From the NCBI RefSeq assembly GCF_024521635.1, contig NW_026250408.1, positions 1,240,001-1,304,000 of the forward strand: a DNA stretch of 64,000 bases. Direction: 5' to 3'. Source of the stretch: Tricharina praecox (Eukaryota). This document shows positions 32,906-45,436 of this stretch, piece after piece (position 1 is the first letter of the stretch; every line of letters begins with the position of its first letter). A program made the translations under genes and the position numbers. The notes beneath the pieces were generated by a model. The model did not search any database and was not told the origin of the DNA. It saw only the letters and a program-made list of their open reading frames with translations.

Positions 32906-35467
32906 CTACCTCCGACTCCTAGTATACCTCTCCTGGCCGTTTCCCACCGCCTGCGGGGTTCGGGGGGAGTATCCGTACCCGCCACCGCCTACTCCAATAG
33001 CGCCCAGCCCCTGCGGAGGCGGAACATTCCCGCGCGGCCGCTGCGCATATGTCACCTGCGGCTGCGGCGTGTGCGGGGGTCCGGGTGCGTACTGGCGTTG
33101 CTGCTGCTGGGGGTGTTGCGGGTATTGGTGGTGGTGGTATCCCTGCTGCTGCTGCTGCTGGGGGTGGGGAATGGGAACGTTGTAGCCCGGTGCGGGGGAG
33201 GCGTAGTGGTGGGGCTGAAGCGTTTGTGGTTGTTGGTGGTGGTGCACTCGTTGTTGTTGATGGTGTTGCTGTTGCTGCTGGTGGAGGAGGGAAACATTGG
33301 GGGTGCCCATTAGGTGCGGCTGCTGCTGTTGCTGCTGCTGTGGGTGGCGCCCCATCATGCTTGCGACTGGCGCGGGGTGGACAGGGGAGAGGCCAGCCGC
33401 CGCATTCATAGCCGTCATTGCAGCTTGCTGGACTTGCGGTATTTGTTTAATGTCTTCGTTCGGAAGCGTGCCCTTGAACACGGGTCTGCCCTCCGTAATT
33501 GGGAGCTTGGAGGAGAGCATTAGTTCCGAGTCTGCATGGCCGTCGATTGTGGCGAGAAGGTGTGGTGGAAGGGACTCGATAAGGGAGGAGAGGCGGTCAC
33601 GGAGCCGGATGTAGGTTTTAACCTCCTCACTGGCCGGTTGCGAGGGATTCTCGTTCGGGCCGATGATGGCGATGATGGCGGCGAGGCGGCGGTACTGTTG
33701 GCTCTGTAGGGTCGACAGCAGCGATGAGACCTCGGTCAGCATTGCATCGTTACCCATCAGTAGCCGTGTATCGATCGGAAGCTCCTCGAAATTCTCGATC
33801 AGCTTCTCGATTTCCTTCTCGTCTACATCATCTTGGCTGGGCTGCCGTGCAATCGACTCGGCAGGTCGATCGGTGAGGTCAAGAGGCGTGTATCTCTTGT
33901 GCATATACCCGAGAGCTGGATCGTCTTTGAACATCCTCCTGAATATCCTGCCACCTCTATTCTCCCACCAGACGGCATTGCTGAGCTCGACAGGAACCTT
34001 GGCAAGACTATCGTCCCTAGTCGGCGCAAACGAACTATACGCAGCTACAAAGTTCGCCGGAAGGCCGATCCCCTGCTTAAAAGGATCTGGCGGCAGGCGC
34101 TTCGGATGGGGGGGCGCAAAGTTCGTGTACTGCAGCCAATGACTCTTGACTTCGGTCTGGTAATCCAATTCCGGACGGGTCACGAAGCCACCGGGTCCCA
34201 CACCTCCTCCCCACAGGATCCCATTCTTCCTATAGTCCACCGGGGGATATTGGTAGTGCTGCAGCACGGGCGGCGGTGGGAAGACCTCGCCGAGCTTGGG
34301 GGCCTTGACGGTCCTCTTATTGCATGCCTTCTCGGATCCCGGAACCGCCTTAACGGTCGAGATGTGGGAGACTCCCAACGCGGGCTCAACGAACGGTGTC
34401 ACGACGCTCAACTGCTCCGACTTGTGCTTCGGCCAGTCAGAAAGGGATGTCGCTGCGGTGGAAGTGGGTGACTTGGGGGAACCCGTAGCGGACGTCGACC
34501 TCGACGAGACGTTCGAAGGGATGGTGATGTTGTCGGGCATGGGCAGCGACGAGAACACCGCGCCCGCGCACGTCAACACTGTCAACGCCATCTTGTCCGA
34601 CACGGGGGGCTTCGACGACTGCTCGGACGCAACGAGCTCGTCGGTCAGATCCAGGACATCGGCCAGTCGCTTACGCTGACGGTTCACGAGATCCTTGGCC
34701 AGACACTCAAAGTGGATGACTCGGGCGATGGCCGTGTTGGCATTCTCCCAGCTCGATCCGTTGTTTGTCTTGGGCGTCGCGCTCAGCGTGTTGGTGAGCA
34801 CCTTACAAATTGAGGATACGTCGGACAGAAACGCATTGAATGACGAGTAGGTTCCCGCTAGGAGCCTGTCGGTAATGGTGTCGGGTATCGGCGTCGAAAG
34901 CTTGGTGCGCTTGGTAGGGGGTTGCGTCTGCGACTCAGGACTCTCGATCGATGCGAGCGAGTAGTTCAGGATGGATGGCGTCGGATCGTATCTACGCGCG
35001 CACCCCTCTCGTCAGCCACACCTCCACTTCGCAATGCCAACCCCGACGCGCCGGATGGGGGGTGGGAAGGGGGGTTGGGTACTCTTTCAGCACAGTCAAG
35101 AGGTCTTTCGCGATTTCGTCAATCGCATCCTTTCGTCGTTGCGCCTTTTCCTCCTCGCTCAAACCACCCTCATGGGGGGGTGCCGATGGAGGTAGTCGCT
35201 CAGCGACCACGACGGCATCGGATGACACGCTGCGGTCGCGCTTTCCATTCCCGTTGACGTTGATGTTGTCGGAGTCGTTGCTGCTAACCTTCGGTGTTGT
35301 TGCAACAACCTCTGTGACAGTTAGAAAGCGAGTTAGGGTTGGGTTTGGTTAAGCAGATGGGGGTGGTGTTAGATTTGTAGTGAAGGGAAGGAAGGCAGTA
35401 GGGGTAGGTTTCTGGTGGAGTCAAGTTGACAGTGTTTGCTCTGCGTACCTATATCTGGGGCAGGCAT
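32906..35467 (-). CDS. Putative RSC/PBAF subunit (Rsc58/BRD7-like) with a Q/H-rich tail, about 777 aa; exons 35467-35449, 35311-35083, 34991-32906
   Basis: Two GT-AG introns give a continuous frame. Bromodomain-like helix TITDRLLAGTYSSFNAFLSDVSSIC and motif YSSFAPTRDDS, recalled from Rsc58/BRD7/BRD9. The gene itself is solid; the family call needs an HMM search. Confidence 0.65.
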
Positions 35468-36394
35468 AGCCTCGTCTTTTTATTTTTTATTTTTTATGGG
35501 TCGTTGTCGAGCGGAGGTGCACGCTGTCGCGGCTGGTTGCTTGGCGGCACTGGTGGTAGATAGCGATTGGTGTCGATGGTGGTAGTTGTGGTGGTGGGTA
35601 GTGGTGGTGGCGGCGTTGATGGGTGATGGGTGATGGCGGTGGTGGTGGTGGTAAGTTGGTGGTGGTGGTGGTGGTAAGTTGGTGGTGGTGGTAAGTTGGT
35701 GATGGTTGATGGTCGGCCGTAGGATGACGCGACGAGGACAAACTTCAGTCGCGTTGAGAATTGCGTCCTTGTCTCTCTCGCGGTGTTCTTCTCGCGGCGG
35801 TGGCAGAGTAACAGTAGCGAGCGGGTTGGATGGGTTGGTGTTGTGGTAGGCGATCTGTGGTGGAGCGGGCAGGGTCTTGGGAGGGAGGGAATCGACGGAG
35901 TTTGTTGGGTGGTGAGAGGACACAAGGCGCTTGATAGCCGCGGTGGTTGCTCGTTGCTGCGGAGAGCGGGTATTGCAAGCGGGGAGGGGGGGGCGGCGGC
36001 GGACACGGCGACTCTGCTTGCTGCTCTTGCTCGTCGAAAGGAAAAAAAAGGGAGCGAAGCGATGAGAGGAGGAAGGGGAGAGACAAGCTCAGCACGGCCG
36101 ACCGACCGATCGATATGATAACAAGTCTAGCAAGATAGATCTTTCCAGGGTACCCTGCAACAAACCTCCAACGAACAACAGAACGAGAAGAAAGAAAAAG
36201 AGAGTGTGAAAGAGAGAGAGAGGGAGGAAGGTGACGATGAGCACGGATGGTCCAACCACAGACACGACGACGATAGCGAGAGAAAGAAAGAAGTTCGTCA
36301 GCGAGCTGACCGTGCGTATTGGTACGGTATCAGGTTATGTGACGGACAGAAAGAGAAACACGCGTATCGAAGAATGTGGGCATCACTCTGCACC

Positions 36395-36606
<212 letters not shown>

Positions 36607-39600
36607 ATCCCTCCCCTTTTCCCCCCAACCCAGACTCGTTTCTGGCACCTTGCCTGCCAAGCCAAATCCGGACCATCCGGCAGCTTGACTCAGCAGAACT
36701 ACGAAGAGCCGCATTCATGGAAGATCACTCGATCCGCTGTCCGCAGCGCGTCGGTGGGTGAGGCGGAATGGCGACGGTAGTGGTTGTTGTGGTTGTTGTG
36801 GTTAATTCGGGTGTTGTTTGATGTCGTGCGTTACTGGTGGTGACCTTATGGGAAAGGGTCCTGGTTGCTAGGGTGGTGCTGGTGGTGGCCAGCCCGGAAG
36901 AGTAACTGCCTACTGCGGCAGTCGCGCCTGCGCAGTCGAGATCGATTAGCAGTCAGTCCGCGTCTGCATCTCTTTCTTCCCCGCTATCTCACAGTACCCT
37001 TTCACCCCCACGCAGACCACTGACTGTGGGGAAAAAAGAGTCTCCCCGCTATTAAAAACAAAATCCACTATTTATCGAAAATGTTTCCAACAGGGACAAG
37101 GCTGCGAGTAGGCAACATCACGAATCACAGAAATAGACTCCTCGCACGTTTAATTCATCTAAGTGCCTGCTTCAATGCTCGACTCGAGATCACGTCTGGT
37201 CGGGATAATTCTTGTCGTATCGGCCCGACACCGCTGGGAAATATTCACCCAGCCACTTTGGTAGTCCATGCAGTTCTCTGTGTATGTGTGTACTACTACA
37301 CTATCCACTCACCCACCGTAGCCCCAGTACGGGCCGATCACTCCAGAGTCCAGACTGCGGAGCGCTGTTCGAAAGGGAAACAGAATCGAGAAGAAACCGC
37401 AAGGCTCGCGGGATCAGCGGGCCCTCAACTCGGTTTCGGCTCCGAGAAATCTACTTAACCAGGGAATAGGTGGAATATTTTTTCAGGGTCCGGGGCAATA
37501 CTCGCAAAGGGTTCCTCTCCCCCGCCGCCTCCTTCCCCCTCCCCCTTCCCCCAGTGGTGCAACGCCTCCTCTTCACTTTGCCTTTTTATCAATAGAAGGG
37601 AAACAAGAACCCGCTAGTCGAGCGTTCCGACGGCAACTTCACCCACTCAGCCGCACCCCTGAACTCGCTGCGCATCTAGCCCGCCTCGAATCGGTCAATC
37701 GTATATTCGTAGAGACTAAACCAAAATCCAGGTACCTGTGTACCGGCCTATCCACGCGGGTACGGGAAAGTTGAAATCACAACTCTGCGGAATCATCCGG
37801 GAGCAATTACACGAACTCCCCCTACTGGCTCCAGTCTCCGGGTGCGGAGTAATCTGTACTATAGCAGATAAACAAACCACGACTGTCTCCGGATGTGCAC
37901 TGTGGGATCAGTGTGAAATCAATGACGAATATGGCTGCAAAATCCGCCCACGTCTACAGGATTCGAGTGATCTTGCATGACTCCCGTCGTGAACCGGACC
38001 GGAGCAGAGCAAAGCGGTAGTTGCGAATTCCGAAGCGAGACTCATACTCTACGTATGCAGACGCGGGACGGTGGCGGACTGAGGTGAGGGCCGAGTACCG
38101 AGTACTTTAAAAGTGGGGAATCGGTATGGATTCGTGTTGAGTACCTACTTCGCTACAGCCTACAGTGACGACATCTAGTTCCAACTGTATCTCCGTCGGC
38201 GATGGCGTTTTAGCGATGCAAAAATACCCATTTGGTAGCCAATCCACAATCCATAAATCCAGCACGGCCTCAAGGCTCACCGAATCCCTGGACGTTTGAA
38301 GTGGAACGAGTGCCAAAAACAAACCAAAGCGCCACGAATCCACGGTTTCGCGTTGCTCTACTAGGTATAGAGCTTCAAAAATACTTGGCTATGTATAGTA
38401 GGCACGCCACAGCGCTCCGGCAGCAGTAGATACCGGTATGTAGTTAGCGGTAATAAACGGGGCAGAGCGTGAGGTGTACTGGTACATAGCGGGATAGGTA
38501 CGGTAATCTTGGATTCAAAGGCAGTGGAGATTGTCCAGTATTTATCTAGGTAAATACTTTGTGGAATCCTTGCGTTGCCTTGCGGCCCCGGTACCAAATC
38601 CATTATCTTACTGAGCATTAGTTGCCGGATAAATCGACGTAAAGTTCTACATACATCCGTCCACTTGGAGTATACCTACGGTAGGTGGCCCCTTGATTAC
38701 TCGTCCAAAACACCACCTCACCGAGGACGCCGGACGCGTTTCGACCAAGGCCCTCCATACCTCCCCTAACCACGGCCGGTGCAGCGGACCGGAAGCGGAG
38801 TTTTAGATCGCCCGTCTCGCTTGTATGCTTTAAATGGAAGTTCTTAACTTCTGTTTGTTGGACCACTCACCAAATGGCAATTTGGCAAATGTAGTACTAC
38901 ATGAAGTAAGGTACGGGTAAACCGTAAAAGTGGGTTAAAAATAAGCACACTTATATATATCCCGGAACTGCTGTTCCACTGTTCCAGTGCTCCTACATAT
39001 GCACACCGGTAGGCGGCAAGCAAACAGCAAGGTGGCAAAATTCCCGTGGTTCTTCCGCTTTTCCCCCAGGGGCCAGCAGGTCTCTCGTTTCTTTGCACTC
39101 GAAAGGCCTCTTGTCGCACCCCTATATACGGAGGCATCTTGCCCACCCGAGTGGATGGGCGCTGGATGGGTGGTACTGGTGAGGCTACACACGGAGCCCA
39201 GTGAAAGCGGAAAGTCGTGCGCACGTTCGGCTGGCCGGCGAGACTTTTAGGCGAATCGGAAACCCGTGCGCACGCTGGAGCGTTTCTTAGTCAGATCTCT
39301 AGTAGCCATTTGACGTTGGGCGGCGGCCGACACTGCTTATCTACTGATCATGATCAACATTTCATCACGCCCTTGTAGGAGGCGGCTTACGACTTATGCA
39401 TCTGCGCATGATGGTAACTATTCCTCTCTTTAGCGAAGCCACGGGTAATATTCATATCTCCATGTACGAGTTGGCTTATGGATCTGCAGTGCGCACGACA
39501 CGGATAACCAACCTTGGAGGCCTGGACGTGGTTGGCTGTCGTTAACTTGTTAGCTGGTTCGTATTATTCTACTCTCTCTAGTGCGACCATATATTAAACT

Positions 39601-39730
39601 GGCTGCCTAGCGAGGGGGATGGCTACCAACATAGGAAGGAAGAGCGGGGGGGAGGAGAGACTTGAAAAATGCCCCTTCCCTCGAATGCCATTCCCTCTCC
39701 TCATCTTCATGTCTATTGTCGATATCCAGA

Positions 39731-42097
39731 ATGTCCAGCTATTTCCCGCCGACAGTTTACGAGCGCCTGCCCGACTACGGCGATAGTCCCGTCGGGGAGG
39801 GCATCCCACTCTACGCGCAGAGTCCACAGAGCATGCAGACTCCGCAAAGCCTGCGGAATCCACAGAGCGCGCAGCGGCAGCGACAGGGCTCGTCGTTCTC
39901 GAGCACGGCGCCCACCTACTACGACCACGAGGCGCTTCTGGAGCAGCCGACGCAGTACTCGCCGCACTCGCCGCCAACCCCGCAAACGCCGTTCCCGCAC
40001 CCCACGCACCGCGAGTCGGCAATATACCTGCCGCCAGCCAAGAACCAGCTGCGGCACCAGTACCGGCGGATAAAACAGTTCCGGCGGATTTCGCTGCGGA
40101 TCCTGGCCCGCTGGCTGCTGAGCTGTGTGTTGGCCGCCGCCACTACCGGCCTCTTCATGCAGTACCAGCATAAGGGCGTGCTGAATGGCACCGAGAAACA
40201 TGTCTTCAATGCCCTCTATCTGGGCGTGTCGTTGATGTATGGTTTGAACCTCGTGGTAGGTGTTGCGTGTTGTGGCGGTGGTGGAAACGGTGGGGAACGG
40301 CGCTGATGCGGGAAAATAAACAGGCGAGCTTTAAGAGTATGGCTCTCATCTTTAGGTGGAAGGTGTTAGCTAGTACGGCGTACGGTGGACATTCGGCCAA
40401 GGAGCTGGATCTCATCCTGGGCATGTCGAGTTACGGCACGGCGACGAGGCTGTTGAAACATTGGCGTGGGAAGCCAAAGTATTTCATATTTATGGCAAGC
40501 TGGATCCTCCTGGGAATAGTATGCGCTCCCCGTTACCTCTGTCTTGGAATGAGAGAGAGACAGCTGCTAACGGATGGATCGGAAAGACGGCGCAAGTGGG
40601 GCTCGCAGCACTCGGTCTCACCTTCAACCACGACAACGAAGGCGCGCAGAGAATCGTGCCCGGACTCGTCAACTCCACCAAGCTGAACTTTTACCAGTCA
40701 CAGGACCCGAACGAGTGGCCAATGTATTTCGCACAGAATTATGTAGCGCATCTGTATGGAGACACATCCATCAACCTTCTAGATCGGAACGAAGGAGAGA
40801 AATTGCGTGACGACCAGGATTACAATTCCATCGACCTCGTCTACGTCAATGCTACGAATGAATTCAAGTACTACGTATGGATCGATCTCCACTGGGTTTC
40901 GCTCGCTCGCTGGTCCCGGGGCTGACTTGATGGTGGGCGGGGGCGGTCAGTTCGAGGAATCAGCATACAATCCCCAAGGCCGGGATAGGATGGCTAAGTC
41001 CAAACGGTTCGTTACGATAGCCACGAAGTGCAAATGGAGTCCTATCGTCACCGGGCAGTTGGGCGACGGCGTTGACTTCATAGCCGTCGATACCGACGGC
41101 GACGGTACCAGCAAAAACCTAACGGAACACCCGTGGGTACAGGGAGAAAGCGGGCAATCAACCACGTCTGTCTGCCTTCTTTCCTTTCCCTTCCTTACCT
41201 CTCCTCCTATGCATAACTACATCGTGGCTGAACCCGTCTTCCAGGCTCTACGGCAACCCCAGCCTCGGCGCGAACGCCACCGAATTGCAAGACCTCAGGG
41301 ACGGGGGTACTAACATCGCCGACCAACCCAGCTGCGGCCCTCGCTGCGGCATAACCTATGTCTACCGCTTCATACGCTCGGAAGAAATATCCGACGACGT
41401 AGACGCGCCCTACCCCAACGGCGACTTCTTCAACTGTTCCACGACCATCTCGCAAGTGCACGGCGCCATCATTCCGCAACACATGATGTCGGACCAGCTC
41501 GCGCGGAACGCCGCCGCGGCCATCGGCTCCAACGTGATCTGGAAGTGGACAGAGGACTACACGTTCCAGAGCGCCACATACAACAGCGCCTCACGCTGGG
41601 ACAACTGGCAGGGTCGCACTGGCGCCGCGGCCACAAACGTCGCGGAATACAACATTGCGCGCTTCGCCACGGGCAGTCTCGCGATATTGGACGAATCCAA
41701 CCGCAAGATAGAAATGCCCGGGATGCGCCCCGAGGAGGGCGTCGTCCTCAGCGTAAAGTGGATCTATGTCTGGCTCACGTGGGGACTGCTCCTGGGCACG
41801 CAGTTTGTCGTCGGCGTTGTCACCGTGGTTAAGGGGAACACGGTCTTCTGCAAAGACGAGTCGTTCCTTAGCACTGCAAGGCTGCTACGCCCGCTCGTGG
41901 ATCGCCTCGGCGATAATGGCTCCTCCGCTGATGGCGCCGAGATCGCGGAAATGTTTGGGAATACTCATATGCGCTACGGCGTAAGGAGGGATACGGGGAT
42001 GAATAGGCTGGATATCTTGATGGACTCGCCGGCTGATGGAAAGGAGGGACATGGAGGCGTGAATGGGGTCGGCTGGCCGAGGGGTTATTACGAGTAG
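39731..42097 (+). CDS. Uncharacterised multi-pass membrane glycoprotein, about 691 aa; exons 39731-40255, 40324-40518, 40587-40874, 40951-41165, 41245-42097
   Basis: Five ORF pieces join in frame across four GT-AG introns. Hydrophobic segments (WLLSCVLAAATTGLF, VFNALYLGVSLMYGLNLV, FIFMASWILLGITAQVGLAALGLTF, WIYVWLTWGLLLGTQFVVGVVTVV) flank a Cys-containing loop (CGPRC) with N-x-S/T sequons. Confidence 0.8.
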
Positions 42098-43015
42098 TTG
42101 ACGGCGAAGGAGTTCTGAGTACTATGTAGGTTAATGTATTGTACAATGTTTAAAAATATCACTCGAATTATGGGCGCAGGTACATGTCAGGTGAGGGTAA
42201 TTAAGTAAGCACGGGCTTTCCTGCTCCTCCACGTGAAGATCCATTACTGGCGGCGGCGTTGCCTTGCACACTTCCGTCCCGGAATATTTAGAGCGAGCAG
42301 TTGTCGTCGTCGGTGCAACAGTGCAACCCACGCTCGGCACAATTCTCTGCATGGTAGTTATGTACGCGTCGCGGATATATCGGATAAGTGCGAGACCGAC
42401 GTCGGAATAAGCAACGTGCATCGGGATGGATTCTCGTTTCTCGATCCGCGCCGGGAGTGTGAGTTATATGCCTGGAGATGGTTATCTAAGCAAAGCAGCT
42501 GGCGAGCGAGTGAATGGTCGATTGGCCATTGCCACAGAAGAGAAAGTACCTACCAAGGTATGTTCGCAGCTGTGGAGAAGAGCATGATCGTACACAGATA
42601 TTCTTCACCGAGCGGTCGTCCGTTCACAGCGGAGTCCAGTCGCCCGCTCCCTCCCTCCCCACCGTATGTATGTCAACGAGTTGATATTCGGTTACAAATT
42701 GCACGGCCGGAAGAACCACCAAACGTCGGAAGGACATGTCGGAAGCCTGGTGTGGGTTAGGGGCATTGAGCCGATGATTGCCGCTATCCAGCTATTTCTC
42801 CACCAATAACCGAGGCGGCAGCTATGGACCTATGGTCACTGGTCAGGTCACTGGTCCCCTGGTGGTGGGGGAGGATATTCACATATCCGCTTTCGCCGAA
42901 TATATCTACCACCCTCCTGTTCTTCCCCACACGGTTTCCTTTTTAATCATTCTTGACAGAACGAAGAAAGCTGGGTTTTGAGAGAAAAGGAATAGGAAAG
43001 AAAAAGATTGACAAG

Positions 43016-44712
43016 ATGGTTTCCACGACTGCACTGTTATTCCGCACTGCGCGGGGCTTCTCGAGGGATGGCAACAAGGTCCGCCCCCGCCCTCCCAACT
43101 CCAGCTCTCCCGGCTATCTGTCTGCACCTGTACTGACAACATGTAGCAATCCCTCCGCCTCGTCGCGCGCACCTTCGCGTCCTCCTCCCGTCGCTACGAA
43201 ATCAACAAAGTCTTCCCGTCGGTCAGCGAAGCGATCAAAGACATGAAGTCGGGCTCCACACTCCTGTCCGGCGGCTTCGGACTATGCGGAGTACCCGACA
43301 CACTCATCAACGAGCTCGAGAAGAACCCTCACATCAAGGACCTGACGTGCGTCTCCAACAACGCGGGCGTCGACGGCGGCGGTCTCGGCAAGCTTCTCGC
43401 CTCCGGCCAGGTCAAGAAGATGATCGCCTCGTACGTCGGCGAGAACAAGACGTTCGAGCGGAAATACCTGACGGGGGAGATCGAGCTTGAGCTCACGCCG
43501 CAGGGCACGCTGGCGGAGCGCTGTCGCGCCGGCGGCGCGGGAGTCCCCGCGTTCTATACCCCCGCTGCATACGGCACGTGGGTGCAGACCGGCGAGCTGC
43601 CGACGAAGTACAACAGCGACGGGACGGTGGCGCAGTTCTCGAAGCCGCGGGAGGTCCGCGAGTTCGCGGGCAAGAGCTATATCCTCGAGGAGGCGATCCG
43701 CGGCGACTACGCGTTCGTCAAGGCGTGGAAGGCGGACCCGCTGGGGAACTGCCAGTTCCGGTACTCGGGCGCGAACTTTAATGGCGCGATGGGACGCAAC
43801 GCTGCGGTCACCATCGTCGAGGCGGAGGAAATCGTCCCCGCGGGCGGTATCGACCCCTCGAGCGTACACCTCCCCGGTATCTACGTCACCCGTGTGGTGC
43901 AGTCTACCACCGAGAAGGGCATCGAGAAGCGCGTGTACGCCAAGGACCCGGTGGAGGCGGCGGCCTCCGCGCTCGGCTCGGGCGAGACCGCGAACAAGCG
44001 TGAGCGCATCGTGAAGCGTGCCGCGAAGGAGTTCAAGAATGGCATGTACGCGAACCTGGGCATCGGCATGCCCATGCTCGCGCCGTCGTTCGTCGACCCG
44101 TCCGTCGAGGTGCAGCTGCAGTCCGAGAACGGAATCCTGGGCCTCGGCCCCTACCCGCAGAAGGGACAGGAGGATCCAGACCTCATCAACGCCGGCAAGG
44201 AGACCGTCACCCTCAACCCTGGCGCCTCCATCTTCGGCTCTGAGGAGTCGTTCGGCATGATCCGCAGCGGCCGCATCGACCTCACCATCCTGGGAGCTAT
44301 GCAGGTTAACCAGTTCGGTGACCTCGCCTCGTGGGCACTGCCCGGAAAGATAAAGGGCATGGGAGGAGCAATGGACCTCGTATCCAACCCGGAGAAGACC
44401 AAGGTCGTCGTCACCATGGAGCACACCGACCGCAAGGGCAACCCCAAGATCCTGAAGCGTACTTCCACCCCATCCCCGTCCCCATCACACCACATACGTT
44501 TACTGACATGACATGATATAGAATGCGCCTTCCCGCTCACTGGCCGCACCTGCGTCAGCCGCATCATCACCGAGCTGGCCGTGTTCGACGTAGACTTCAC
44601 GGAGGGGCTGACACTGATCGAGCACGCGGAGGGTGTTACCGTCGACGAGATCAAGGCCAAGACCGAAGCGCCATTCAAGGTCTCGGCTGACCTCAAGCCT
44701 ATGCAGATCTAG
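43016..44712 (+). CDS. OXCT1: Mitochondrial succinyl-CoA:3-oxoacid CoA-transferase (SCOT), about 521 aa; exons 43016-43078, 43147-44458, 44522-44712
   Basis: [30 protein letters not shown], active-site LQSENG and GMGGAMDL. Arg/Ser-rich presequence; canonical introns. Confidence 0.96.
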
Positions 44713-45436
44713 AATCTAGATGGGTTTCCTTCTCGGCGGATAGACAAAACGGTGTCGGGTTTTGGGGGGCGGGGCTAGGTTTCGCATAGTACGATGCATC
44801 ATGGGATTAACTGGGAGTTTTGTTTTCGATTTGGTTATGATATAATGCTTTTCTCTTTCTTTCTTTTTTCTGTTCTTTTTCGGGTTTCGGGTTCGGTTTC
44901 TTGCCATTGGGAGTTACCTACGGTACTATATACAGTAGATCTTTCACGTGTAGATATTGGATAGATGCTTATTTACATACCCATTTTTTTCTTACACAAA
45001 CTGCGGGCACTGAAGATATGGTACGATGGTTGAGTGAACTTGCGGTGGTGGGGCACTGCCGCACTGGCTTCGACCCCACAGTGGGGAAGTGGGGTGGGGA
45101 AGTGGGGTTGCCCCGCATGCAGGTACATACATTGCCTGACCGCCGACCGGTACCTGCGTATGACCCGCAAAATCCGCTGCGCGATGGATATTGACATCGG
45201 GAACTACTTAGTGGAGTACTTAGGTAGAACAGAGCAGAGCGAGTGGTATGATATGTACAATTACAGCATCGACAACCCCCCTTTCTATGAAGACACGATT
45301 CCGGCACAATGTAAATCTTGCCGCGATAATATAATGAAACACGACAGATCACCCCGTCACGTGTAAACGAACGCCTCCAAGCAGAGCTCCACGCACTTCC
45401 CCCTCTCCCCACCAGTTCCCATTTCCCACCTTCCAT

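Noticed and set aside
42810..42815. CCGAGG (FarA-type site) about 200 bp upstream of SCOT
   Set aside because: Biologically plausible, but a single 6-mer is expected by chance in GC-rich DNA.
43282..44424. Long antisense ORF over SCOT (similarly 10585-11367, 12842-13645, 46013-47023)
   Set aside because: Shadow ORFs expected from GC3-rich coding strands; no recognisable motifs.
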